A stretch of DNA of 64,000 nt from Heterodontus francisci (Eukaryota). The stretch lies in the NCBI RefSeq assembly GCF_036365525.1, contig NW_027140825.1, forward strand, positions 558,001 through 622,000, given 5' to 3'. Positions 39,047-51,971 of the stretch are shown piece after piece. The notes beneath the pieces are model-generated. The model saw only the letters and a list, made by a program, of their open reading frames with translations. It was not told the origin of the DNA and did not search any database. Within the stretch, counting starts at the first letter, position 1; every line of letters begins with the position of its first letter. A program made the position numbers and the translations under genes.

Positions 39047-41645
39047 CCCCAATCACTGACTCCACTCACTGACTCCTCTCACTGACCCCACTCACTAACA
39101 CCACTCAGTGACTCCACTCACTGTCCTCTCTCACTGACTCCACTCACTGTCCTCTCTCACTGACCCCACCCACTGACCCCTCTCACTGACCCCGCTCACT
39201 GACCCCACTCACTGACCCCACTCACTGACCCCACTCACTGACTCCACTGACTGTCCCCACTCACTGACCCCACTTACTAACACCACTCACTGACTCCTCT
39301 CACTGACCCCACTGACTGACTCCACTCACTGTCCACACTCACTGACCCCACTGACTGACCCCACTCACCGACTCCACTCACTGACCCCACTCACTGACCC
39401 CACTCACTGACTCCTCTCACTGACCCAAACCACTGACACCAGTCACTGACTCCTCTCTTTGACCCCACTCACTGACACCACTCACTGACCCCACTCATTG
39501 ACTCCACTCACTGTCCCCACTCACTTACCCCACTCACTGACACCACTCAATGACTCCTCTCACTGACTCAACTCACTGACTCCACTCACTGTCCACACTC
39601 ACTGACCCCACTAACTGATGCCACTCACTGACACCACTCACTGACTCCACTCACTGTCTACACTCACTGACCCCACTCACTGACCCTACTGACTGACTCC
39701 ACTGAGAGACTCCACTAACTGACTCCACTCACTGACTCCAGTCACTGACCGCACGCACTGATCCCGCTCACTAACGCCGGTCACAGACCACACTCACTGA
39801 CCCCGCTCACTAACCCCGCTCACTAATCCCGCCCACTGACTCCACTCACTGTCCCCACTCACTGACCCCACTTACTGATCCCACTCACTGACTCCCCACT
39901 GACCCCGCTCACTAACCCCGCTCACTAACCCTGCTCACTGACTCCACTCACTGTCCCCGGCCACTGACACCACTCACGGACTCCACTCACAGACTCCACT
40001 CACTGCCTCCACTCACTGACTCCGCTGACTGTCCCCACTCACTGTCCCCACTCACTGACCCCACTCACTAACCCCACTCACTGATTCCACTCACTGTCCC
40101 CACTCACTGACCCCACTCACTGACACCACTCACAGACTCCACTCACTGACCACACTCACTGGCCCCACTCACTGACACCTCTCACTGACCCCACCCACTG
40201 ACACCAGTCACTGACTCCTCTCTTTGACCCCACTCACTGACCCCACTCACGGACTCCACTCACTGTCCCCACACACTGACCCCACTCACTGACCCCACTC
40301 ACTGACTCCACTCACTGTCATCACTCACTGACCCCACTCACATATACCACTCACTGACTCCTCTCACTGACCCAACACACTGACTCCACTCACTATCCAC
40401 ACTCACTGACCCCACTCACTGACTCCACTCACTGACACCATTGACTGTCTCCACTCACTGACCTCTCTCACTGACTCCACTGAGCGACTCCACTCACTGA
40501 CTCCACTTACTGACTCCAGTCACTGACCGCACGCACTGACCCCGCTCAGTAACCCGGTCACTGACCCCACTCGCTGATGCCGCTCACTAACCCCGCTCAC
40601 TAACCCGGCTCACTGACTCCACTTACTGTCCCCGCTCACTGACTCCATCACTGACCTCACTCACTGACTCCACTGAGTGACATCACTCAGTGACTCCACT
40701 CACTGACTCCACGCACTGACCCCACGCACTGAACCCACTCACTAACCCCGCTCACTGACTCCACTCACAGACCTCACTCACTGACTCCACTGAGTGACAC
40801 CACTCAGTGACTCCACTCACTGACTCCAGTCACCGACCGCACGCACTGACCCCGCTCACTAACACCGCTCACTGACTCCACTGAGTGACACCACTCAGTG
40901 ACTCCACTCAGTGACTCCACTCACTGTACGCACGCACTGACCCCGCTCACTAACCCCGCACACTGACTCCACTCACTGAACTCACTCACTGACTCCACTG
41001 AGTGACACCACTCAGTGACTCCACTCACTGACTCCACTCACTGACCTCACTCACTGACTCCACTGAGTGACATCACTCAGTGACTCCACTCACTGACTCC
41101 ACGCACTGACCCCACGCACTGAACCAACTCACTAACCCCGCTCACTGACCCCAGTTACTGATCCCACTCACTGACTCCCCACTGGCCCCGCACACCAACC
41201 CCGCTCACTAACCCTGCTCACTGACTCCACTCACCATCCCCACTCACAGACACCACTCAAGGACTCCACTTACAGACTCCACTCACTGCCTCCACTCACT
41301 GTCCCGGCTCACTGAATCCGCTCACTGACTCCACTCACTGCCTCCACTCACTGTCCCAGCTCACTGACACCACTTACGGACTCCACTTACAGACTCCACT
41401 CACTGCCTCCGCTCACTGACTCCGCTCAATGACTCCACCACTACATCAACTCACTGTCCCTGCTCACTGACCCCACTCACTCCTCCACTTACAGACTCCA
41501 CTCACTGCCGATGCACACTGACTCCACTCACTGACTCCACTTATTGCTTCCGCTCACTGACCCCACTTAGTGACCCCACTCACTGACCCCACACACTGAT
41601 CCCACTCACTGACTCCACTCATTGACTCCACTCACTGACCCCATT
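39047..41645. repeat. 13-bp minisatellite (actgaccccactc), ~200 units
   Basis: Direct reading. Confidence 0.95.
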
Positions 41646-42277
41646 CAATCTCCCAGATCAATCCCAAAAATAATCCTTCATTCTCCAGATGTATCCCAGT
41701 AATTTTCCCTCATTGTCTCTATCTCTGTCTCCCTCTCTGTCTCAGTCTCTTTAACTCTACCTGTCGTTTTTCGTCTCACTCTCCTCTCTCTCTCTCACTA
41801 GATCACTCTCTCTTTCACACACACATACACTCTCTTTCTCTCTCTAACAAAGTGGGTGTCCTTGTCCTGTTGATGTATATCAAGCTGGATCTACATGATC
41901 TCCTGCTCTTTCAGTTTTCTCACTAAATCCTTCTCAAAGCCATTACCCGGTCCATGGTCCAGGATCCCCCTCTGCTGTCCCTGTGGAGAAGGTAAACACA
42001 GTGTAAGTGCATAAAAACCCAGATTACTGTCATTGATTCCTGATAGTTACATTCTGAGATCTCGTGACATCTTTATTAATCGTTCATTGCACCCTCGGCA
42101 GTACCTGTAAATCTAGTGTGTCACTACAATCATAACTCAACTCTTTTTATTGTAATAAACACTGTCACTCTGCATAAGCGAACAGTAGGTCGAGGCACCG
42201 AACGGTTTTTCCCTCCACAGGTGTATCCTGCTGCCTTTGGGGTTTTTGTTGAACAGCGCCATCTCTCAGTCACTGTG

Positions 42278-42764
42278 ATGTCTCCAGGCACAGAAATACA
42301 CGGCCGAGTGATTCTCCCGCAGGCTGGAGGACTCCAGGTTGAAGTCGGAGTCAGTTGGTCTTTCAGTGGTGAAACTCTCTACCGTCCCCTCTGAGTTCAC
42401 CCTTTGTGCACTTAGAGAGGAAAACATCAGCTGCGGTTCCTTCCTCGGGTGTTGTCTGTACCAGTACATGTAAGGGTTACTGGTACCATCCACGGTGCAT
42501 TTCAGCTTCACCTGCTCCCCAGGAGATTTGGAGAGAGCGGCGGGAGCCTGGCGGATAGTCTGTGAGTTCACATCTGGGAAAGAGACAGGGAGAGGAGGAG
42601 ATCAGTAAACAGGGAACTTCAGTCCAGTGGGGAGAGAGAAAGAGGGAAAGAAAGAGAGAATGGGAGAAATAAAAACATATCCAAAAGAAATGTTGAGTAG
42701 AATTATTGTTCCAATAAAATCCCTTCCGGTGAAACAGGGTGATCAGAGTCAGTAACAGATACAC
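42278..42764 (-). pseudogene. TRBV: V2, family 1, pseudogene (leader 42728-42764; V exon 42278-42573)
   Basis: V exon open, but start is GTG and donor is GGAAGG (ATG and GTAAGG in paralog V8); RSS spacer 21 bp (42250-42270). Confidence 0.85.
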
Positions 42765-42940
42765 CTTTTACTTTAAGCTGCCCGCTGAATCAGCAAAGGG
42801 GAGAGAGCAGGAGTGATGAGTGTTGTCAATAACCAACCCACTCTTTACAAATCATTGGGAGGAACAGGGAAATCATTAGGAAGTGATGCAGAGATGGTGA
42901 CGCCCAGCTCAACAAGTTAGAGTGGAGTAGGTTGACAATG

Positions 42941-42973
<33 letters not shown>

Positions 42974-44378
42974 CTATCCATCTCAATCCGCCTTCCTCTC
43001 TCTTTCTTACTCTTTGTTTCTCACTCTCTCTCTCTCTCTGCATGTATCGAGTTTTATGTCTCCCATTCTTTCACTCTCTTTCTCTCTCTGTATCTGTGTG
43101 TGTGTCTGTGTGTGTGTGTGTGTGTTTGTGTGTGTCTGCGTTTGTTTGCATCTTTCTGTGTCTGTCTCCCTCTGTCCCATTCATTTTTCCTCTCTATGTC
43201 TCCCTGATTCACCCTTTCGGTCTCTGTGTTTCATCACCGGATGTATTGAGTTCCTGTGCATTGGGGGTTGTTTTCCTCTGTGCAGTGAAGGTTAGAGGGA
43301 GATTAACCAGACTGGTACCAGGGATGAGGGACTTCAGTTACTGTGGAGAGACTGGAGAAGCTGGGGGTTTCTCTCCTTAAAGCAGAGAAGGTTAATGGTA
43401 GATGTGATACAGATATTCAAGATCATAGAGGATTTTGATAGATAATTGATGACAAACCACATCATCTCCTGGTCAATATCTGGAAAATCTATAAAAAGAT
43501 GGTCAATCATTACATTATTGCACTATTTTTAATTAGTTCAGACAAAGTGTAATCACCTAAAGATAGAGTTAGATAGATAGAGAGATAGATAACCAGTTCG
43601 AGATATAGATATATAGAGAGACAGAGAGATAGATAACCAGGTACAGAGACAAATAGACAGAGAGACAGAGAGATATAAAACCAGGTAGAGAGATAGATAG
43701 AGAGATAGACAACCAGGAAGAGAGATGGATAATGTAGGGACGGAGAGATAGATAACCAGGTAGAGAGATAGATAGATAGAGAGACAGTCAGGTAGACAGA
43801 TAGATACAGAGGTAGAGAAATAGAGAGATAGAGGGAAAGTCAGAGAGGTAGAGAAATAGCGAGCTAGATAGAGAGACAGTCACTGCCCCTGTAAAAGATA
43901 GGAATGTTAATTGGCGTTCTCTCATTTTACACCAGTTTGGTAGCTAGTGGGTAAGAGAGGGATGGAGAGAGAGGGAGAGGGAGGAAGAGAGAGAGATGGA
44001 GAGAGAGGGATGAAGACCGGGGGAGAGAGTAGGATGGGGAGAGGGGGAGAGATAGGGATGTAGACAGATGGAGAGAGAGAGAGAAAGAGAGAGAGAGGGA
44101 GCGATGGGCATCTATTGATCAGTCATGGTCTCATTGAATGGCGGAGTGTTTTCGAGGTGATGAATGTTCTCCTTGTGTTCCCAGGTCACTGTTAAATTTT
44201 GTTCCAGACTCTGATGTTTATCATGGTCCTACAGCACACTCTGCATTCCCTTTGGATAAAGAAAACGCAGTGAAATAAAACCACACCGTATCCATCCATC
44301 CATCCATCCATCTATCTATCTACCTTTCTATCTCTCTACCTATCTATCTTTTTCTCTATCTAATTAACTCCCTATCTC

Positions 44379-44440
<62 letters not shown>

Positions 44441-44813
44441 GATCTATCGATCTGTCTTTATCTGATCTTCACTTCACATTTTAAAACCTTTAATAATCTC
44501 TCAGACCGCTGAAAGTTCACCCTTCAGTCTTCTCCTTTCTGGAACAAAGATTCCCGAAGTTCAAATTCTCTTGATAACTTTAACCTCTCTCCTCTGATAT
44601 CATTCCTGCAAAGTCTATTTCACAATTCCCCTGTGTTTCTAAATCTAACCAGTCACTTTCTATTTAAATCCGCCCTGTCGTCTTGTGAAAAACATGTTCC
44701 CAATGATAAAAACACCCAACAAGACGCAGCACCGCCTGGTTTTATCTGAAACAGGTGTTTCCTGCTGCCTTTGGGGTTTTTGTTGAACAGCTCCATCTCT
44801 CTGAGTCACTGTG

Positions 44814-45265
44814 AAGACACCAGGCACAGAAATATACGGCCGAGTGATTCTCCCACAGGCTGGAGGCCTCCAGGTTGAACTGGGAGCTAGTCGGTCTCTC
44901 GGCGCTGAAACCGTCCACCGTCCCCTCTGGATCCACATAGTTAGCAGTGCTGGAGTAAAACATCAACAGGGGCTCCTTCCCCTGCTCTTGTCTGTACCAG
45001 TACATTTCGATGCTACTGCTGCTCCCCTCCACAGTGCACCTCAGTTCCACTCCTTTCCCGGCTAATCTGGAGACAGCAGCGGGAGTCTGGTGGATAGTCT
45101 GTGAGTTCACATCTGGGAGAGAGATGGAGAGAGGAGGAGATCAGTAAACAGGGAACATCTGGTAATGAAAGGAAGACAGGGAGAGGAGAGGAAGGTTCTG
45201 AAGGATAATCTTTGTATCTGGCACTCACGTTGACCCAGGATTATCAGAGCCAGGAACAGATACAT
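44814..45265 (-). CDS. TRBV: V3, family 1, apparently functional (leader 45229-45265; V exon 44814-45112)
   Basis: MYLFLALIILGQ; ..YFCAWC; RSS CACAGTG(44813-07)-23-ACAAAAACC(44783-75). Confidence 0.88.
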
Positions 45266-45789
45266 CTCCCACTTGACACTGCCCTATCAAACAGCAAAGG
45301 CAGTGGAACAGAGGAGATCAGTTCTGTGACTAACCAATCCGCTCTTTGCAAATCATTGAGGAAAACATGAAGGGCATAAGGAAGTGATGCAGTGTTGGAC
45401 ACTCCCCCTTCCACCACCCAACCAATCAGAATGGACGTGGTTGCTTTTGATGGTTGAGTGACTGGAGTAAGTGTTGTTAATATCCCCAACAAGGGTGTCT
45501 GTTGTTCAGTTTCTAATTTACTGATTAGAAATCTCCAACTGTTCATATCCAGATTCCCAATGAACCTCATCGGCATTCCCACATTAGCCACATGTAGATT
45601 TCCAATGATAGACATCTGCATTCCAAATGATCTGCTCCTGTAGGGGATGTATTCGTGATTTGCTAATTTAACTAGACTCCTAATCCACAGCCTCAGCTAG
45701 TGTTTTAGCGACGTGGGGGTGAATCTCACCAATACAGATCATAACATTTCAATGTCATATATGAATCTGTTGATTTTTTTAAAGCTCGT

Positions 45790-46030
45790 CTAATGGTGAC
45801 CATTGTTTCAAAATCCATCAGGTTCACTGATGTTTGTTCTGGAAGGAAATCTGCCGCCTTCAGCTGGTCTGGCCTACATGTAACTCCAGATCCACAGCAA
45901 TGTGGTTTACTCTTAAATGCCCTCTGTAATGGCCTAACAAGCCACTCAGTTCAAGGGCAATTCGAGATCGACAATAAATGGAAGCCTAACCAGCGAGGCC
46001 CATATCCCATGAACGAATTAAGAAAAAAAC
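45790..46030 (+). mobile_element. HE1-like SINE fragment
   Basis: ggaaggaaatctgcc..ggtctggcctacatgtaactccaga..aataaatg; family recognised from memory. Confidence 0.6.
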
Positions 46031-46198
46031 AGCCAGATGTTGATTCTTAAATAGTCAGGTGGGACTCCTGGCAAACGTTTTCTGCAACACCTTCCTGAGG
46101 GAAGTAGGTGGAACAATATCTGGGTCACACTGGGCTGCTGATCTATTCTACAGCTTGGTCTGTGCTCATTACTGGGTCCATAACCATCAGGGTGGATC

Positions 46199-46780
46199 AA
46201 ATCTACTGCTGCCCCCTGCCGGGGGAAGATGAACACTGAGATTCAATCCACTGCTGCGACCTGTCGGCGGAAAATGAGCACTGAGATTCAATCTACTGCT
46301 GCCCCCTGCCGGGGGAAGATGAACACTGAGATTCAATCTACTGCTGCCCCCTGCCGGTGGAAGATGAACACTGAGATTCAATTTACTGCTGCCCCCTGCC
46401 AGGGGAAGAAGAAAACTGAGATTCAATCTACCGCTGCCCCCTGCCGGGGGAAGATGAACACTGAGATTCAATCTACTGCTGCCCCCTGCCGGGGGAAGAT
46501 GAACACTGTGATTCAATCTACTGCTGCCCCCTGTCGGGGGAAAATGAGCACTGAGATTCAATCTACTTTTGCCCCCTGTCGGCGGAAAATGAGCACTGAG
46601 ATTCAATCTACTGCTGCCCCCTGCTGGTGGAAGATGAGCACTGAGTTTCAATCTGCTGCCGCCTCCTGCCGGTGGAAGATGAGCACTGAGATTCAATCTA
46701 CTGCTGCCCCCTGCTGGTGGAAAATGAGCATTGAGTTTCAATCGACTGCTGCCCCCTGCCGGTGGAAGATGAGCACTGAA
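46199..46780 (-). promoter_or_regulatory. 45-bp tandem array (13 units) of CTCF-like motifs abutting the V4 RSS
   Basis: Units start 46201+45n up to 46741; minus strand CCAGCAGGGGGCAGCAG or CCGGCAGGGGGCAGCAG; array ends 20 bp from the nonamer. Confidence 0.75.
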
Positions 46781-46838
46781 CTCCCGTTCATCCGCTGCAG
46801 GTTTTTGCAGCTGCGGATCCGCTTTCTCAAACACTGTG

Positions 46839-47508
46839 AGATACTGCAAGCGCAGAAATAGACAGCGGTGTGAGATGGAGCGGCATCTCTCAGTGCCAAA
46901 GTAAACAGTGTATCGCTGGCTCTGACTGCCTGAAATGACTCGGACGTGTAATTAGTGACAGACCCTTCTGTAGCAGAATAGAACAGAGCTTCCAGTGCCC
47001 TGTCTGGTTGTTGTCTGTACCAGTACATATAGGAATAGGCAGTATTGGTCAGCGTGCATCTGAGTGTTGTCGACTCTCCTGCTGCAATCGATAGGATAGA
47101 GGGTGACTGTTCCACATAGGTGGCGAGTATTCCTGTGGAATGGAACATCGATTAAATTATTATTTCAGTCAATAATGGATTGGAGCAGGGGCTGCATTAC
47201 AAGAAAGAGAGGGCTTACATTAATATATCGCCGTTCAGGAACTCAGGACCTCAGAAAGGGCTTTGCAACCAATGTAGTTACTCCCTCAGTACTGCCTCTG
47301 CGACAGTGCAGCACTCCCTCAGTCCTGACACCTGGGTTGTCAGCCTTGACTTTGAGCTGAAGTGTTCTGGAGTGAGACTCAGACACAGCAGTGTTATGGA
47401 ACAGAATCACCGCTGACATTACAATACATTATTCTACACAGTTTCTGACTTTGACTTACGTGGGAAGAATGCAGCCATCAAGATTAGACAGAGAACTTCA
47501 TGCAACAT
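46839..47508 (-). CDS. TRBV: V4, family 2, apparently functional (leader 47460-47508; V exon 46839-47132)
   Basis: MLHEVLCLILMAAFFP/RILATYVEQSP..C..WYRQ..YFCACS; RSS CACAGTG(46838-32)-23-GCAAAAACC(46808-00). Confidence 0.87.
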
Positions 47509-47794
47509 GATTTCTTCATTCGATACGAACTCGATGTGTGAACGTGTGGAGTTTTCAACAACACACTTGCAGGCGGTTTCTATATTGTATCCAATTAAAT
47601 ACCCAGCATCCGGTTGTCATTGTTATTGGCAGTCACTTACTGCGACACTCTGCTCCACCCCATTACTTTGCATAGCAATGTTGTGGAATGATACAACACA
47701 GGAGGATAGGGGGAGATTGAATAGAGGTGTTCACATTTCAGAAAGGGATTTGATAGAGTAGAATTCAGGGAAACGCCCCTCTACACCCAGAGAA

Positions 47795-48155
47795 TGTGCC
47801 CATCCCTTGTTGCCCCGAGAAGGTGATGGTGAACCATCTTCGGGAATACCTGCTGGGCCACATCAGAGGGCAGTTAATAGTCAACCACATTGCTGTGGGT
47901 CTGGAGTCACATATAGGCCAGACCGGGTAGGAATGGCGGATTTCCTTCCCTGAAGGTAATCAATGAAGACGTTGGGTTTTTAAGTCACTCCATGTTCAGG
48001 ATTACTCATACTTTCCATGACAAATTTTTATTTATTTAATTAATTGAATTTAAATTGCATTTCTGCCCCGGTGGAAATTGAACTCAAGTCTGGGGATCAT
48101 TAGTCCAGGCCTCTGGATTACTAGCCCAGTCACATAACTGCCCTGCTGCCAAACC
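47795..48155 (-). mobile_element. HE1-like SINE (copies at ~50050-50410 and partial at ~52260-52390)
   Basis: Reverse complement of the element at 45790-46030, with a tRNA-like head. Confidence 0.6.
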
Positions 48156-49003
48156 TCCGTGGTGAATGGGAGTTAAATGGTTAAATTGTTCACTGGTCTG
48201 AACTGCTAGTTTCTTTGAAGAACACATTAAATGTGACTCGAGTCTGAGGTGAAAGTGGGTAAAGAGTTTTCAGCAGCTTCTGAACTCGCTGTCAGGAGGC
48301 AGGTGCCCCAGAGATGAAGTTATCTGGAGAGGGGTTTCGCCTTTGAACAGTGTGAAACAGCGCTCAGATGGTTCAGGGTTCTGAGCTGAGTTAGTTTCTG
48401 TGCATTGGGGAGTTGTTCACCTCTGTGTAGTGAAGGTTAGAGGGAGATTAACAAGACTGGTACCAGGGATGAGGGACTTCACTTACTGTGGAGAGACTGG
48501 AGAAGCTGGGGGTTTCTCTCCTTGGAGCAGAGAAGGTTAATGGTAGATGTGATACAGATATTGAAGATCATAGAGGATTTTGATAGATAATTGATAACAC
48601 ATCACATCATCTACTGGTCAATATATAGAAAATCTATGCAAAGATGGTCATTCATTACATTACTGCAGTATGTTTAATTAGTTCATACAAACTGTAATCA
48701 CCTAAAGATATAGTTAGATAGTTACAGAGACAGAGAGATAGGTAACCAGGTAGAGAGGTAGATAGATAGAGAGACAGAGAGATAGATAACCAGGTAGAGA
48801 GATAGATAGATGGAGAGACAGACAGGCAGGTAGACAGATAGTTATGAACTCTGACATTCAATCTACTGCTGCCCCCTGCTGGTGGAAAATGAGCAGTGAG
48901 ACTCAAACCACTGCTGCCACCTGCCGGCGGATGATGAGCACTGAAATCCCGTTCATCTGCTGCAGGTTGATGCAGCTGCGGATCCGCTTTCTCAAACACT
49001 GCG

Positions 49004-49762
49004 ATACTGCAAGTGCAGAAATAGACAGCGGTGTGAGATGCAGCAGCGTTTCTCAGTGCCAAAGTAAACAGTGTATCGCTGAATCTGACTGCCATAAATG
49101 ACTCGGATGTGTAATTGGTAACAGTCACTTCTGTTGCAGAATTGAACAGAGCTTCCAGTGCCCTGTCTGGTTGTTGTCTGTACCAGTACATTAAGGTCCA
49201 GCCAGTATTGGTCAGCGTGCATCTGAGTGTTGTCGACTCTCCTTCTGCAATCGATAGGATCGAGGGTGACTGTTCCACAGAAGAGGCGAGTATTCCTGTG
49301 GAATGGAACATCGATTAAATTATTATTTCAGTCAATAGCGGATTAGAGGAGGGACTGCATTGCAAGAAAGAAAGGGCTTACATTAACATAGCGCCGTTCA
49401 GGACCTCAGAAAGGGCTTTGCAACCAATGTAGTTACTCAATCAGTACTGCCTCTGCGACAGTGCAGCACTCCCTCAGTACTGCCTGTGCGACAGTGCAGC
49501 ACTACCTCAGTACTGCCTCTGTGACAGTGCAGCACTTCTCCAGTACTGCCTCTGCGACAGTGCAGCACTCCCTCAGTCATGACACCCGGGGTGTTCAGCC
49601 TTGATTTTGAGCTGAAGTGTTCTGGAGTGAGACTCAGACACAGGAGTGTTCCGGACAGAATCACCGCTAACATTACAGTACGTTATTCGACACAGTTTCT
49701 GACTTTGACTTACGTGGGAAGAATGCAGCCATCAAGATTAGACAGAGAACTTCATGCAACAT
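49004..49762 (-). pseudogene. TRBV: V5, family 2, open ORF but defective RSS (leader 49714-49762; V exon ~49004-49295)
   Basis: 2-bp deletion gives heptamer CGCAGTG; nonamer GCATCAACC; two CTCF-like 45-bp units at 48859-48945. Confidence 0.82.
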
Positions 49763-51136
49763 GATTTCTTCATCCGATACTAACTCGATGTGTGAACGTG
49801 TGGAGTTTTCAACAACACACTTGCAGGCGGTTTCTATATTGTATCCAATTAAATACCCAGCATCCGGTTGTCATTGTTATTGGCAGTCACTTACTGCGAC
49901 ACTCTGCTCCACCCCATTACTTTACATAGCAATGTTGTAGAATGATACAACACAGGAGGATAGGGGGAGATTGAATAGAGGTGTTCACATTTCAGAAAGG
50001 GATTTGATAGAGTAGAATTCAGGGAAGCAACCCTCTATACCCAGAGAGTGTGCCCATCCCTTATTGCCTCTGAGAAGGTGGTGGTGAACCATCTTCGGAA
50101 TTACCTGCTGGGCCATATCAGAGGGCAGTTAACAGTCAACCACATTGCTGTGGGTCTGCAGTCACATATAGGCCAGACCGGGTAGGAATGGCAGATTTCC
50201 TTCCCTGAAGGTCATCAATGAATACGTTAGGTTTTTACGACACTCCATGTTCAGAATTGCTCTTACTTTCCATTACAGATTTTATTTATTTACTTAATTA
50301 AATTTAAATTCAATTTCTGCCCTGGTGAGAATTGAACTCATGTCTGGGGATCATTAGTCCAGGCCTCTGGATTACTAGTCCAGTAACATAACTGCTCTGC
50401 TACCGTGCCTCCTTGCTGAATGGCGGTTAAAGGGTTACATTGTTCACTGGTCTGAACTGCTAGTTTCTTTGAAGAACACATCAAATGTGACTCGAGTCTA
50501 AGATGAAAGTGGGTAAAGAGTTTTCAGCAGCTTCTGAACTGGAGAGGGGTCTCACTTTGAACACTGTGAAACAGCGCTCAGATGGTTAATGGTTCTGCGC
50601 TGAGTTAGTTCCTGTGCATTGGGGGGTTGTTCGCCTCTGTGTAGTGAAGGTTAGAGGGAGATTAACCAGACTGGTATCAGGGATGAGGGACTTCAGTTAC
50701 TGTGGAGAGACTGGAGAAGCTGGGGGTTTCTGCCCTTAGAGCAGAGAAGGTTAATGGTATATGTGATAGAGATATTAAAGATCATAGAGGATTTTGATAG
50801 ATAATTGATGACAAATCACATCTTCTACTGGTCAATATATAGAAAATCTATGAAAAGATGGTCATTCATTACATTACTGCAGTATGTTTAATTAGTTCAT
50901 ACAAACTGTAATTACCTAAAGATAGAGTTAGATAGATAGAGAGACAGAGAGATAGATAACCAGGTAAAGAGATAGATAGATAGAGAGACAGAGAGATAAA
51001 CAATCAGGTGGACAGATAGATATGAACAATAAGCTTCAATCTACTGCTGTCCCCTGCCAGTTGAAGATGAGCACTGAACTCCCTTTCATCCGCTGCAGGT
51101 TTTTGCAGCTGCGGATCCGCTTTTTCAAACACTGTG

Positions 51137-51971
51137 CGATACTACAAGCGCAGAAATAGACAGCGGTGTGAGATGGAGTGGCGTCTCTCAGTGCCAAAGT
51201 AAATAGTGTATTGCTGGCTCTGTCTGCCTTAAATGACTCGGACGTGTAATTGGTGACAGACCCTGTTCCAGCAGAATAGAACAGAGCTTCCAGTGCCCTG
51301 TCTGGATGTTGTCTGTACCAGTACATTGTAGGATAGCCAGTATTCTTCAGCGTGCATCTGAGTGTTGTCGACTCTCCTGCTGCAATCGATAGGATAGAGG
51401 GTGACTGTTCCACATAGGAGGCGAGTATTCCTGTGGAATGGAACATCGATTAGATTATTATTTCAGTCAATAATGGACTGGAGCAGGGGCTGCATTACAA
51501 GAAAGAGAGGGCTTACATTAATATATCGCCGTTCAGGACCTGAGGGCATCAGAAAGGGCTTTGCAACCAATGTAGTTACTCCCTCAGTACTGCCTCTGCG
51601 ACAGTGCGGCACTCCCTCAGTACTGCCTCTGCAACAGTGCAGCACTCCCTCAGTACTGCCTCTGCGACAGTGCAGCACTCCCTCAGTACTGCCTCTGCGA
51701 CAGTACAGCACTCCCTCAGTACTGCCTCTGCAACAGTGCAGCACACCCTCAGTACTGCCTCTGTGACAGTCCAACACTCCCACAGCCCTGACACCTGGGG
51801 TGTTAATTTTGACTTTGAGCTCAAGTGTTCTGGAGTGAGACTCTGACACAGCAGTGTTATGGAACAGAATCACCGCTGACATTACAATACATTATTCGAC
51901 ACAGTTTCTGACTTTGACTTACGTGAGAAGAGTGCAGCCATCAAGATTAGACTGAGATCTTCATGCAACAT
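51137..51971 (-). CDS. TRBV: V6, family 2, apparently functional (leader 51923-51971; V exon 51137-51430)
   Basis: ..YFCACS; RSS CACAGTG(51136-30)-23-GCAAAAACC(51106-098); one 45-bp unit at ~51037-51080. Confidence 0.87.
51578..51785. repeat. 33-bp intronic tandem repeat (~6 units; ~4 in V5, ~1.5 in V4)
   Basis: actccctcagtactgcctctgcgacagtgcagc. Confidence 0.9.

Noticed and set aside
39047-41645. 13-bp CAC-rich array as an array of cryptic RSSs
   Set aside because: No nonamers; ordinary minisatellite
46187-46861. 210-220 aa repetitive ORFs (also 30488-30913)
   Set aside because: Artefacts of a 45-bp period that is divisible by 3
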